From Candidatus Hermodarchaeota archaeon (lineage in GTDB: Archaea; Asgardarchaeota; Lokiarchaeia; Sigyniarchaeales; SOKP01), in contig JBHLLP010000003.1 of the NCBI GenBank assembly GCA_048885525.1, positions 32,001-96,000 on the forward strand: a stretch of 64,000 nucleotides of DNA. Direction: 5' to 3'. Position 1 is the first letter of the stretch. Each line of letters starts with the position of its first letter. The position numbers and the translations under genes were made by a program. Shown here one piece after another: positions 17,267 to 26,630 of this stretch. The notes under the pieces were generated by a model. The model did no database searches. It had not been told where the DNA came from and saw nothing but the letters and a program-made list of their open reading frames with translations.

Positions 17267-18151
17267 ATGTCGCTTGAAAAAAGAAGAGAACCTAAACGAA
17301 GCAAGGAAAAAGAAATTTTAGAGGATAGTTCATTTAGGCGTCTTGATTTTAGACCTTTAAAAGAAATAGAGAAAAAGGAAGAAAAAAAAGAAGAGATTGT
17401 TGAAGAGCTTAGCGAAATAGAAATGGATGTATTGGAGATTGCTACTGATATACTAAAATTAAAAAGATACGAAACTGAATTTGAAATTGAATCAGAAAGT
17501 CAAATCCAAATGTTTCCAATAATAGAAAAATTATACGCTAAAAGCATCGCCAAACTCTCATACAGAAAAGGTTACAGCAAGGAGGAGATTTTTCTCGCTA
17601 TTCGAAGTCTAGAAGAGAAAAATTGGATTGTAACCAATGAAAGGCGTACTAAATTAGAGATACTTACTAATGAAAAACTAGTAAGAATACTTGATTTCAT
17701 AAAAGAAAATCCAGGAATTCATGCTAGAGATGAAAAAATCGAAGAAGAATTAGAAATCACCAGAACTCCATTTTTAAAACATGTTATGACTCTTGAACGA
17801 TTTAAGTTAATAAGATCTAAGAAAATTGGAAAGACTCTTCATTATTTTCTAAGTGATGTGCCAGAAGATTATGATAAATACAAAATTATATTTTTAAATC
17901 CCTTGATTCCTAAATTATTAGAACAAATATTTAAGGATGAAACTGTAACAATCTCAAGAATGGCTGAAATTCTTGAGATGTATTCTGGAACAATTTTATA
18001 CCATATAAAAAAATTAAAACAACTAAATCTTGTGAAGTCCACAAAAAATCAATCAGGTAAGAAAATTCATCTAGTAAATATTGAACTGCTAAAAATTTAT
18101 AATAAATTTTTCGATGAACCAGATTTCACAATACTTCTTAAAGGTCTTTAA
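17267..18151 (+). CDS. Multi-winged-helix DNA-binding protein (putative transcriptional regulator)
   Basis: ILDFIKENPGIH...HVMTLERFKLI.S.K.GK..HYF and TISRMAEIL......ILYHIKKLKQLNLV; starts 2 nt after the upstream gene. Confidence 0.75.
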   Translation: MSLEKRREPKRSKEKEILEDSSFRRLDFRPLKEIEKKEEKKEEIVEELSEIEMDVLEIATDILKLKRYETEFEIESESQIQMFPIIEKLYAKSIAKLSYRKGYSKEEIFLAIRSLEEKNWIVTNERRTKLEILTNEKLVRILDFIKENPGIHARDEKIEEELEITRTPFLKHVMTLERFKLIRSKKIGKTLHYFLSDVPEDYDKYKIIFLNPLIPKLLEQIFKDETVTISRMAEILEMYSGTILYHIKKLKQLNLVKSTKNQSGKKIHLVNIELLKIYNKFFDEPDFTILLKGL

Positions 18152-18177
18152 AGAATTATTGGTAAATTTTAATAAAA

Positions 18178-19053
18178 TTAAATTTCTCGTTTAAGACTAG
18201 GTAAGGTCTGGATTAATAGTTTAATTATTTTATCAATTCCATTCTCCATATCAGGATGGATCTCATTTGAATTAAGTAAATCATATTTTGAATGCCCTGG
18301 TAAATCCGAAACAGAGAGAACCGATACTGTTTTTAAATTGTAGATTTTACCTAGTAAAAATAAGATAGATGATTCCATATCAACAGATTGTACGTTTATT
18401 GAATTTAGTGCTCTTATGAAATCTATGCTTTCACAGAAAAGGGCGTCAGTAGTCCATAAATTAGTTTCTTTGACTTTACCTGGAAAAAGTTCAGTGCATT
18501 TATTCAAAAAAAGCTCTCTAAGTCTTTCATTGGGTTTAGATATGAAAATTGTTTGATTCCCAGTAAATAAGTTTTGAAATTTTCCCATTGGATTAGAAAT
18601 AGACTGTAATTCATTGACCAAATGAGGATATTCTCTAAGATATTGAGGACTAGTTCCATCATCACAAAAAGCTAATTTTGGGATTATGATGTCTCCAATA
18701 GTAATTGGATTATTATCGTTTTCTATTCCTCCACATACATCAATTCTTATAATAATTTTAGTTTTACATCGCCTTAAGGATTCTACCGCCATTGCGCAAT
18801 TAGGTGCACCAATTAGAGAACGCAATATAGTAACCTTGACATTATTTAATTCCCCGTTATATAGTCTTCCATAAATCCTTTTATTCTGCAATTTATTCAA
18901 TAATTTTTTCATAACCGTTTTAATAGCTGGAAGGATTACAATTTCATTTACATTCGAGGAGCTTGATTCAAGGATCATTCTAACAATCTTTTCATCAACA
19001 CTTATAAATTTTAGACCAACATTTAACAATTCGCTTTTGATTCTATTTAACAT
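18178..19053 (-). CDS. Nucleoside phosphorylase (PNP/UDP family 1)
   Basis: IGAP..AMAVE.L, GDIIIP, WTTDALF.E, VDMES and VSD motifs. Confidence 0.85.
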   Translation of the reverse strand: MLNRIKSELLNVGLKFISVDEKIVRMILESSSSNVNEIVILPAIKTVMKKLLNKLQNKRIYGRLYNGELNNVKVTILRSLIGAPNCAMAVESLRRCKTKIIIRIDVCGGIENDNNPITIGDIIIPKLAFCDDGTSPQYLREYPHLVNELQSISNPMGKFQNLFTGNQTIFISKPNERLRELFLNKCTELFPGKVKETNLWTTDALFCESIDFIRALNSINVQSVDMESSILFLLGKIYNLKTVSVLSVSDLPGHSKYDLLNSNEIHPDMENGIDKIIKLLIQTLPSLKREI

Positions 19054-19229
19054 TTTGATTCATTTTTTATTTATCGTAATTAACTAAAACCATAATTTTA
19101 GTTATATTCTAAAAGTACTGCACTAATTATTTATGTACTTATATTTTGAAAGAATATAATTTAATATCTTAATAAAACACAATTATTTATATAAACTAGT
19201 GAGAATTTTGGGTTTAAAGTGGTTCTCTG

Positions 19230-20522
19230 ATGAAAAATCGGTTTATCATCAATAATAAAATTACAAATGAATTTGTTGAAACTTACACTAAAACGACTTA
19301 CAGGATAGTTGGAGAGAATAAACATTCTTCAATTAAACCATGTCATTGGCTTGAGCAACGTTTAATGACAGGAAGAGATAATCGTAATTGTTATAAAGGT
19401 GTTTTCGGAATACAAAGTCATAAGTGTTTACAAAATACTCCTTCATTGCCCTTCTGCAATCATCAATGTGTTTTTTGTTGGAGGGATATCGAGTCAGGTT
19501 CCCTCGGAAGTGAATTTATTGTTGAACCAGATGATCCTAAGCTTCTTATTGATGAGATGTTTCGACACCATAAGGACATTATCAAGAATCACCTACCGTT
19601 GAGGAGATATCTCGACAATTATGAAATAATGCTTGATATTCTTTATTATATGCTTTTAAATGACAAGGAAATCCATAATATACATTCTCTTGGAAAAAAG
19701 ATTCATATTTCAAAGAATAAAATTGAAAGGGCAATTACTCTTTTGAAGAATCAAAAATTTATTAAACCGATTAATCGTTTATTCAATAAATTTAGTTTAG
19801 ATGATGATATCCATTGTTGCATTGGATCCAGAGAGGAATTAGAAATATTAATTAACAGAGAATTGACAACACCTGACGACATAATGCAAGCTCATAATGA
19901 AGCAATGACACCAAATCATTCAGCTATATCTCTTGATGGAGAACCAATTCTATATCCAAAAATTTCTGAATTTGTTAAAGAATTTAGAAATCGCCATATG
20001 ACAACCTTTATAGTCACTAATGGAAGTTTACCAAAAAAAATTGAAAAGCTGGAACACTTACCTACGCAGTTATATATAACATTACCAGCTCCAAATGAAC
20101 AGATTTATAAGAATGTTTGTCGTCCTATGATTAGAAATGGTTGGAATAATATAATAAGAAGTTTAGAATTGATTGAATCTTTATCTTGTAGAACATTAGT
20201 CAGGCTAACAGCAGTAAAAAATTTGAACATAGCTGATAAATATATAAATGAATATGTTAAAATTATTGAAAAAGCAAATCCTAATTTCTTTGAAATTAAA
20301 GGTTTTACATTACAAGCTAAAGCTTTATTAATAAACAAAAGATTGAAAAAAAAAACTCAAGTTAAGGAATATTTTCCGGAGTATGATTATTTAGAGGATT
20401 TTGCTTTAGAGTTCGAGAGGGTGAGCGGATTTCCATTAGTTTATAGAAATGAACCAAGTCGAGATTTTTTATTTGCAGTAAATTGGGATAATAATAAAGA
20501 TCCAAAGATAATTAGTCCTTAA
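19230..20522 (+). CDS. taw1: tRNA 4-demethylwyosine synthase Taw1/TYW1 (radical SAM) with an internal insertion
   Basis: HS.IKPCHW, CYK..FGI.SH.CLQ.TP, CNHQCVFCWR, HSAISLDGEP..YP, TTFIVTNG, PTQLYITL, FEIKG. Confidence 0.93.
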   Translation: MKNRFIINNKITNEFVETYTKTTYRIVGENKHSSIKPCHWLEQRLMTGRDNRNCYKGVFGIQSHKCLQNTPSLPFCNHQCVFCWRDIESGSLGSEFIVEPDDPKLLIDEMFRHHKDIIKNHLPLRRYLDNYEIMLDILYYMLLNDKEIHNIHSLGKKIHISKNKIERAITLLKNQKFIKPINRLFNKFSLDDDIHCCIGSREELEILINRELTTPDDIMQAHNEAMTPNHSAISLDGEPILYPKISEFVKEFRNRHMTTFIVTNGSLPKKIEKLEHLPTQLYITLPAPNEQIYKNVCRPMIRNGWNNIIRSLELIESLSCRTLVRLTAVKNLNIADKYINEYVKIIEKANPNFFEIKGFTLQAKALLINKRLKKKTQVKEYFPEYDYLEDFALEFERVSGFPLVYRNEPSRDFLFAVNWDNNKDPKIISP

Positions 20523-20533
20523 TAACTCATTTA

Positions 20534-21172
20534 TTAGTACTTCTGTAAGCTCAAATAACCCTGGATTGTTTTTTTTAACATTGAAAGATTTGTTTTTTTT
20601 AATGCTGAAAATTCTAAAAAAGGTACTTCTTGCACTTTTTCATGTTGATAATGATTTAAGTGAACCAAGTTTAATCCATATTCTATTGCTGATTTAATAA
20701 AGAGTGTGATTATTCTATCTTTATCGAGATTAGAAATCCTATCGATCTTATTAAAAATTATAAGAAGAGGAATTTTAAATTCGCTTAGAAACTGAATTAA
20801 TTCAAAACTTAATGGAATTGTTTTCCTATTTTGAATGAAATATTTTTCAATTTCATCTTCGATTCTTAAAATATTTACTACTATTAACCCAAAAAAATAT
20901 TCCTTATGGTGCTTCTCAATATGAACTACAATTTGCTTTTTAATATGTTCTCCTCTTCTACGGCTGGAATGAGTTATATATCCAAATCCTGGAAGATCAA
21001 CAATTTCATAAGGTAAATTATTTTGAGTAAACTTTTTTATCAGTAAAGTGCTACCTGGAGATTTTCCAATTTTACCTTTAAATTTTCTAGGATTTGGCAT
21101 CAATAATCTTGTTATTGAGCTTTTTCCTACATTTGAATTTCCAATAACTAATAATAAGGGTTTTTGTTTCAT
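20534..21172 (-). CDS. engB: EngB/YihA-family GTPase
   Basis: GNSNVGKSS, PGST, DLPGFGY, NKID, FSA. Confidence 0.85.
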   Translation of the reverse strand: MKQKPLLLVIGNSNVGKSSITRLLMPNPRKFKGKIGKSPGSTLLIKKFTQNNLPYEIVDLPGFGYITHSSRRRGEHIKKQIVVHIEKHHKEYFFGLIVVNILRIEDEIEKYFIQNRKTIPLSFELIQFLSEFKIPLLIIFNKIDRISNLDKDRIITLFIKSAIEYGLNLVHLNHYQHEKVQEVPFLEFSALKKTNLSMLKKTIQGYLSLQKY

Positions 21173-21196
21173 TTTATCTCTTAACTAATTCCAAAC

Positions 21197-22093
21197 TTAT
21201 ATGTCAAGAAAGTCCTCATCAAGAAAATCTTTAAACATTCTTTTTTTCTCTTCTGGTTTAATAATCGGTCTTGTGCTAATAGGTTCTCCAGATTCCTCTA
21301 AAATTTCTCTTAAGGTTTTAATATTAATATTTATTTTAAATGTTCCATCTCTAAGAAATCTTACAACTTGTTTATCATTATAATTTAACCTTAGAATATA
21401 ACCCAATCCAAAATAAAATTGATGTTCAGGGATTGGATCAATAGGAGATTTGCTGGTTACCTCTTTTAAAACATCATATAATAATGATTTCGAAGCAGTG
21501 TGGTCCTCAACATTAAACACTAAATAACAGAGAGCGTGATACCAAATCTTATCACGTTTTTCTTTGATATAATCTAAGAACATTTCAGGAGTAATAAGTT
21601 CCTTTTCTTCTGTTTCTTTTCTTTTCAATAGTTCTTCTTTAATTCTTTGTTCCAATTCAGTTGAAACTGCAGGAGTGGTTTGAATTTTATCTTCTTCATC
21701 TCCTAAAACTTCAATTTCGTCGTGTTTTACTGTTTCGATAGCTTCTTGCATTTCTCTTAATTCATCTAAATCAATTTCATCCATATCAGAAAAATCTGAA
21801 ATCATTGCTTCTTTTAATTCTTGTTCTTCTTTAAGTTCACTTATAATTTCTATTTCTTCCAATGGCGCTTCACTAACTAATTCATCTTCAAGTAATTCTT
21901 CATCTTCCTTAACTTTATCAATTGCATCTTGGATTTCTTGAAGCTCTTCCATATCTAAATCTTGAATATCTGAAAAATCAGTCTCAAGTGCTTTCATATC
22001 TCTAAGATATGCTTCTAAATCATCATCCTCTAATTCCATTTCATCTATTTCTAGTTCTTCGTTTTCTTCTTCTCGGTTTTCGTTCATTATCAA
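21197..22093 (-). CDS. Hypothetical protein: very acidic N-half with two repeats, globular C-half
   Basis: 298-aa ORF; DFSD...(L/I)D..EL.E.Q.AI..VK occurs twice. Confidence 0.75.
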   Translation of the reverse strand: MIMNENREEENEELEIDEMELEDDDLEAYLRDMKALETDFSDIQDLDMEELQEIQDAIDKVKEDEELLEDELVSEAPLEEIEIISELKEEQELKEAMISDFSDMDEIDLDELREMQEAIETVKHDEIEVLGDEEDKIQTTPAVSTELEQRIKEELLKRKETEEKELITPEMFLDYIKEKRDKIWYHALCYLVFNVEDHTASKSLLYDVLKEVTSKSPIDPIPEHQFYFGLGYILRLNYNDKQVVRFLRDGTFKININIKTLREILEESGEPISTRPIIKPEEKKRMFKDFLDEDFLDI

Positions 22094-22190
22094 CTAAAAA
22101 GAGATATTTTATAAAATTTTTAATAGTTATATAATTAAAATATTGACATTCGTATAATTAAAATTGTCCTAAATATTAATAGACTTTAAC

Positions 22191-22904
22191 ATGGAAAAAA
22201 TCAACTTAGAAAATTTTAAAGGTTTAATTTGGGACCTTGATGGGACAATATATGATATCTCTGAAGCGATAAGGAAAGCTGTCAATGATTCAATAGAGAA
22301 ATATGAAATGAGTGTTAATCCAGATGATGTCTTGGAGGAGATTGCCCATTTAATTGAAGAGATCCAAAATTATCCTGTACCCAAAATTCTTCTTAATTCT
22401 TATGAATTATTAAAAGTTAATTTCTTAGAAGGAATTAGTTTTTTCAAGAAATTACGTATTGCTATTTACTTATTCAATCAATTTAATAAATATAAGGAAG
22501 CTGAATCTACAATTTTTAAAGGTATAGATAAATTAATTGCTAAAATTTATAATAAAAAACTAAGATTGGCAATTTTAACAAACAATAAAAGTCAATATGC
22601 TGAGGATGTCTTGGAAAAATTTAATCTAACTAAATATTTTGATACTATTATTGGATTTAATGATGTTTCTGAAGTAAAACCAAGTCCAGAAGGAATTCAA
22701 ATAATCCTTAAAAAATGGAATCTAAAACCTTCAGATACTATTTTTATCGGAGATATGACAACAGATATTGAAGCAGGTAAAGCTGCGGAAGTTAAAATGA
22801 TCTGTGTAGCAAGTGGACTCGCAAAAAAGGAAACATTAAGTGAACATAAACCTGATATTCTTGTAGATAACACAGAACAATTAATTACATTATTCAATAT
22901 TTAA
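22191..22904 (+). CDS. HAD-superfamily hydrolase (phosphoglycolate-phosphatase-like)
   Basis: WDLDGT, LTN, KPSP, GD...DI.AG. Confidence 0.92.
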   Translation: MEKINLENFKGLIWDLDGTIYDISEAIRKAVNDSIEKYEMSVNPDDVLEEIAHLIEEIQNYPVPKILLNSYELLKVNFLEGISFFKKLRIAIYLFNQFNKYKEAESTIFKGIDKLIAKIYNKKLRLAILTNNKSQYAEDVLEKFNLTKYFDTIIGFNDVSEVKPSPEGIQIILKKWNLKPSDTIFIGDMTTDIEAGKAAEVKMICVASGLAKKETLSEHKPDILVDNTEQLITLFNI

Positions 22905-23109
22905 TTTAGAAATTCAAAAAATTTAATAAATTAATTATTTTGAACTTTTTATAGTGAGATTAGGATTTCTAGATATAATATAATCTCATAATCCAAATTA
23001 AATAGGAATATAGAACTGAAACATTGTAATAAAATAACGTATCATTGATGATTTAGTAAGGCTTAAAAAATCTTGTTTATACTATTAATAAAAAAAAAGA
23101 GGCTAAATT

Positions 23110-23664
23110 ATGAGTGACAAAGCTTTTGGATTTAAAATAACCATCGTGGGAGATAGCGCTGTCGGAAAAACTTCACTAATTAAAAGATATACCGTAAATA
23201 CATTTGAAAAAGACTATATTTCAACCTTAGGTATGCAATTTTCGAAGTATGAAGAAAATTTACATGGTGAATTGATTGATTTATTTTTATGGGATTTAGC
23301 AGGTCAAGAATCATTTAGTACCTTACGTGAGAAATTTTATAAAGGAAGTAGTGGTGCTATTATTGTATTTTCTCTTGCTCCTGAAGAAATTGAAACTTAT
23401 TATCATATTGACAAATGGAGGTTAAATATAAAAGAAGCTTGTGGTAATATACCAGTAATATTATTTGGAAATAAAGCTGATTTAGTAGATCAAAATGCAT
23501 TAGCTAATAGCCCAAATTATGCAACTTCAGATGTTCATGTTATGAAATTAGCTCAAGATCTCAATATTATGCAATATTTTAAGACAAGTGCTTTAACAGG
23601 TCAAGGGGTTAGAGAAGCTTTTCAGACATTAGTACACAAATTATATCAACGAGCTACCATATGA
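23110..23664 (+). CDS. Rab-like small GTPase
   Basis: G1 GDSAVGKT, G2 YISTLG, G3 WDLAGQE, FYKG, G4 GNKADL, G5 TSAL; no C-terminal Cys. Confidence 0.92.
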   Translation: MSDKAFGFKITIVGDSAVGKTSLIKRYTVNTFEKDYISTLGMQFSKYEENLHGELIDLFLWDLAGQESFSTLREKFYKGSSGAIIVFSLAPEEIETYYHIDKWRLNIKEACGNIPVILFGNKADLVDQNALANSPNYATSDVHVMKLAQDLNIMQYFKTSALTGQGVREAFQTLVHKLYQRATI

Positions 23665-23883
23665 ATTTTCTTTTTATGTCCAGCTTCAAAATATTTTTTA
23701 ATATATTGAGATAATATATATTTTTTAATTTTAAAAATTCAATTTAATTTACTGTAATTTTATCAATAACTTCTATTATAAAAATCTAAAATATCAGACT
23801 ATTACTATTTAAGAAAGTGATATTGAATTTTGAAGGATTGAGAAAAAAATTGAGTAATGATGATAAGGCATTTGGATTCAATT

Positions 23884-26136
23884 TTAGGTTCGTTTATAAA
23901 TAAAACGTTCCCAGCTTTTTCTGTTTGGTAATTCTAATGGCATGTTTTTCCGTCTTCGAATCTCCATAATAAGGTCTTCTTCCAGACTTGGTGGTACTTT
24001 CTCAAATCCTTTGAATTCATATCCAAAAAATGCTCTTCCTTGGGTTGATCCTCTTATATCATCAGCTATTCCGATTGTTTCAGCAGCAGGAATTTGACCT
24101 TGAATCCTTACATATTCACCTTCAGGGATGACATTTGTAATTCTACCTCGGCGTTTGGTAATAATGGTAGTCACTCCTCCTTCGCTTCCTTGAGGTGTTT
24201 TTATGTCTATCTTCTGTATTGGTTCAAAGAGATGAGGTTTTGCATCTAACATAGCTAATGACATAGCAGAGAAAGCCATTCCAGCAATCTGACCATATTG
24301 TGTATGTCTTGGATCTTCATGTATAGTCATATCTGTAAATACCACTTTAATTCCAGTAGCGGGTTCTTTTGCGATAATACAATTACCAAGCCAATCTCGA
24401 AAAGCAGCACTTAAATAGGACCTAACACGATCAAATCTCTGCAATCCAGTAGTACCATTTACAAGAGCACTTCCTTGATATACATCAACGATACGTCTTG
24501 CTTCTTTTGCATCCCATCCAGCTTCTTCCCTAAGTATTTGAGCTCGATCTTTTTCATTTTGTAAATCGTTGACTTTACCAGTTTCAATTAATCTTTCAGT
24601 TATTTCATCCAAAGGCTCAATATACAATAACATCCGATTGTGTGTATTTGCAGATTTAGTGTAATATTCTGGACTCTTTTCTGTTATTTTTTCTCTATAA
24701 ACGATAATTGGTTCTCCTATATTAATTTCTACTTGGTTATTAATTCTCTTAACTAAGATTTCGATTTGGAGGGGATCTATGCCTGAAAGTATAAATTCAC
24801 CTGACTCTTCATCCCTTCTATATTCTGCTGTGGGATCAGCTTTTAACCATTTGCTTACGACTTCATCTAATTTATCGATTTCGTGTGGATCTTTTGGTTT
24901 TATACTTCTTGAAACAACTGCTTCACAAGCATAATGGATTTTTTCAAAAGATGGTAAACTCTTTTTCTCTTCTTTATCTTTAGGGACATCATTTGATAAC
25001 ATAAAAGTCTCACCAGAAGGACATATAAACCCAAATAATGCAAATAAATTTCCTGCTGGAATTCTAGGAATGTCTAGTATATCTGTAATTTCCATTACAC
25101 CTAATCTTTTCACTCGGTTGGTCGAATCACTATTTATTAAATAAATTGAGTCGGCTTGATCAAATGTACCAGAAAACACTCGACCTATAAGTGTAGCTTG
25201 ATAATTTCTCTTAGGATCAAGGAAAATTTTAGTAATCATACCATATAATGGTCCTTTAGGATCACTTTTTTGGAGTGCCTGTCCAAGTTTAGAATTTAAA
25301 TCATAGCCCCAAATATGAGGAATTCTATATTTAGAAGCTGTTACTGGATCTGGAAGATGATCAACAATCATTCTTAACATAGGCTCATCTAATGGTAAGT
25401 TATCCCTTAACCATTGAATATCTCCTTCATTGTATTTTGCAAAAACATCCTGAGGTTTTAAACCTTTTTCAAGTAAAATTTCATATGTAAAACCCCATCC
25501 ATGTTTAGCTGATCCAACAGCAACTGAATTTTTTGCGAAGTCAATACCCCAATCAGATCCTTCAGGTCTGACCTTTCTTATTAAATCATTTACTTCTCTT
25601 GTAATTTTATCAATCTTAGCAAATGTTTCTTGAGGGCTAAGTTTTAATTCACTAATTAATCTATCAACTTTATTGATAAAAAGAACAGGTTTACAGAATT
25701 CTTCACCAACTGATAACCTAATATTAGTTTCAGTTTGTGTCATAACTCCTTCAAGGGCATCTACTAATATTATAGCGCCATCACTAGCTCTAAGCGCCCT
25801 TGAGACTTCACCAGTGAAAGAGATATGGCCGGGAGTATCATTAAGCTGAATAATATAAGGTTCTTCATCATCTGTTTTTCTTGGATCTTGAAAAGCAAGT
25901 AATACAACAGATGTAAAAATCGTGATTCCTCTTTCTTGTTCTTCATCATCTGAATCGGTCATTTGAAGTTGACCTGCATCTTCAGGTCTCATAAGTCCAG
26001 CTCTGCGTAATAAGTAATCAGTAGCAGTTGTTTTCCCATGGTCAATGTGGGCAGTAATACTAAAAATTCTCTTCTTTTCATATGAACCAGAAGTAACCAA
26101 TCTAGCGATTTCGTCTGGGTTTTTCACTTTAACCAT
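23884..26136 (-). CDS. fusA: Translation elongation factor 2 family GTPase, likely the Asgard aEF-2 paralog
   Basis: AHIDHGKTT, EQERGITI, DTPGH, NKVD and GST.GRA are present. The diphthamide loop reads HEDPRHTQ instead of HED..HRG. Confidence 0.9.
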   Translation of the reverse strand: MVKVKNPDEIARLVTSGSYEKKRIFSITAHIDHGKTTATDYLLRRAGLMRPEDAGQLQMTDSDDEEQERGITIFTSVVLLAFQDPRKTDDEEPYIIQLNDTPGHISFTGEVSRALRASDGAIILVDALEGVMTQTETNIRLSVGEEFCKPVLFINKVDRLISELKLSPQETFAKIDKITREVNDLIRKVRPEGSDWGIDFAKNSVAVGSAKHGWGFTYEILLEKGLKPQDVFAKYNEGDIQWLRDNLPLDEPMLRMIVDHLPDPVTASKYRIPHIWGYDLNSKLGQALQKSDPKGPLYGMITKIFLDPKRNYQATLIGRVFSGTFDQADSIYLINSDSTNRVKRLGVMEITDILDIPRIPAGNLFALFGFICPSGETFMLSNDVPKDKEEKKSLPSFEKIHYACEAVVSRSIKPKDPHEIDKLDEVVSKWLKADPTAEYRRDEESGEFILSGIDPLQIEILVKRINNQVEINIGEPIIVYREKITEKSPEYYTKSANTHNRMLLYIEPLDEITERLIETGKVNDLQNEKDRAQILREEAGWDAKEARRIVDVYQGSALVNGTTGLQRFDRVRSYLSAAFRDWLGNCIIAKEPATGIKVVFTDMTIHEDPRHTQYGQIAGMAFSAMSLAMLDAKPHLFEPIQKIDIKTPQGSEGGVTTIITKRRGRITNVIPEGEYVRIQGQIPAAETIGIADDIRGSTQGRAFFGYEFKGFEKVPPSLEEDLIMEIRRRKNMPLELPNRKSWERFIYKRT

Positions 26137-26201
26137 TTTATGTTCACATCGTTCTAATAATAGTTAAATTTCAAGTTATAATTGAAGAAAAGAATACAAG
26201 A

Positions 26202-26222
26202 AATCATAAAAGTTTTATGATT
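26202..26222. promoter_or_regulatory. Perfect inverted repeat AATCATAAAA-G-TTTTATGATT upstream of the EF-2 gene; possible operator or leader hairpin
   Basis: 10-bp arms with a 1-nt spacer, 66-86 nt upstream of the ATG at 26136. Confidence 0.35.
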
Positions 26223-26471
26223 CTATAAGATAAATCAACAATTTCATTTAAAACAGATTATAGGGAGGATATAAATATTCAAATTTATTTAAGTAGATTT
26301 GATCCTATTATAATTTTAATAGTGAGAAGATAATGTTTTTTTTATAAGGTCATAAGATTTGAGTGAATTTGTTCTTCTTGAATTAGCAAGAACTACTATG
26401 TTTCTTATTGGAACATTAAATTTTGCAATTGTATGTATTAAAAGATGTGATTTAATTTCTTGGCTTCCTGC

Positions 26472-26630
26472 TTACATTGCTGGTTCTACTACTGGTTTTA
26501 CTATCTCTAATTTTTCTATAGCTTTAGCTAAAGAATTTCCAAAATTTAGCATTTTCTCAGCTGTATCTTTTAAGAAAATAACTATTTCTTTTAAAATACT
26601 CAAATCTTTAGTATCTATACCAGAATCCAT
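26472..26630 (-). CDS. Small 52-aa ORF, or the 5' part of a nonsense-interrupted gene; not in the ORF track
   Basis: GGTGGA SD-like sequence, then ATG 26630: MDSGIDTKDLSILKEIVIFLKDTAEKMLNFGNSLAKAIEKLEIVKPVVEPAM*. The frame stays open after this TAA until 26316. Confidence 0.45.
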   Translation of the reverse strand: MDSGIDTKDLSILKEIVIFLKDTAEKMLNFGNSLAKAIEKLEIVKPVVEPAM

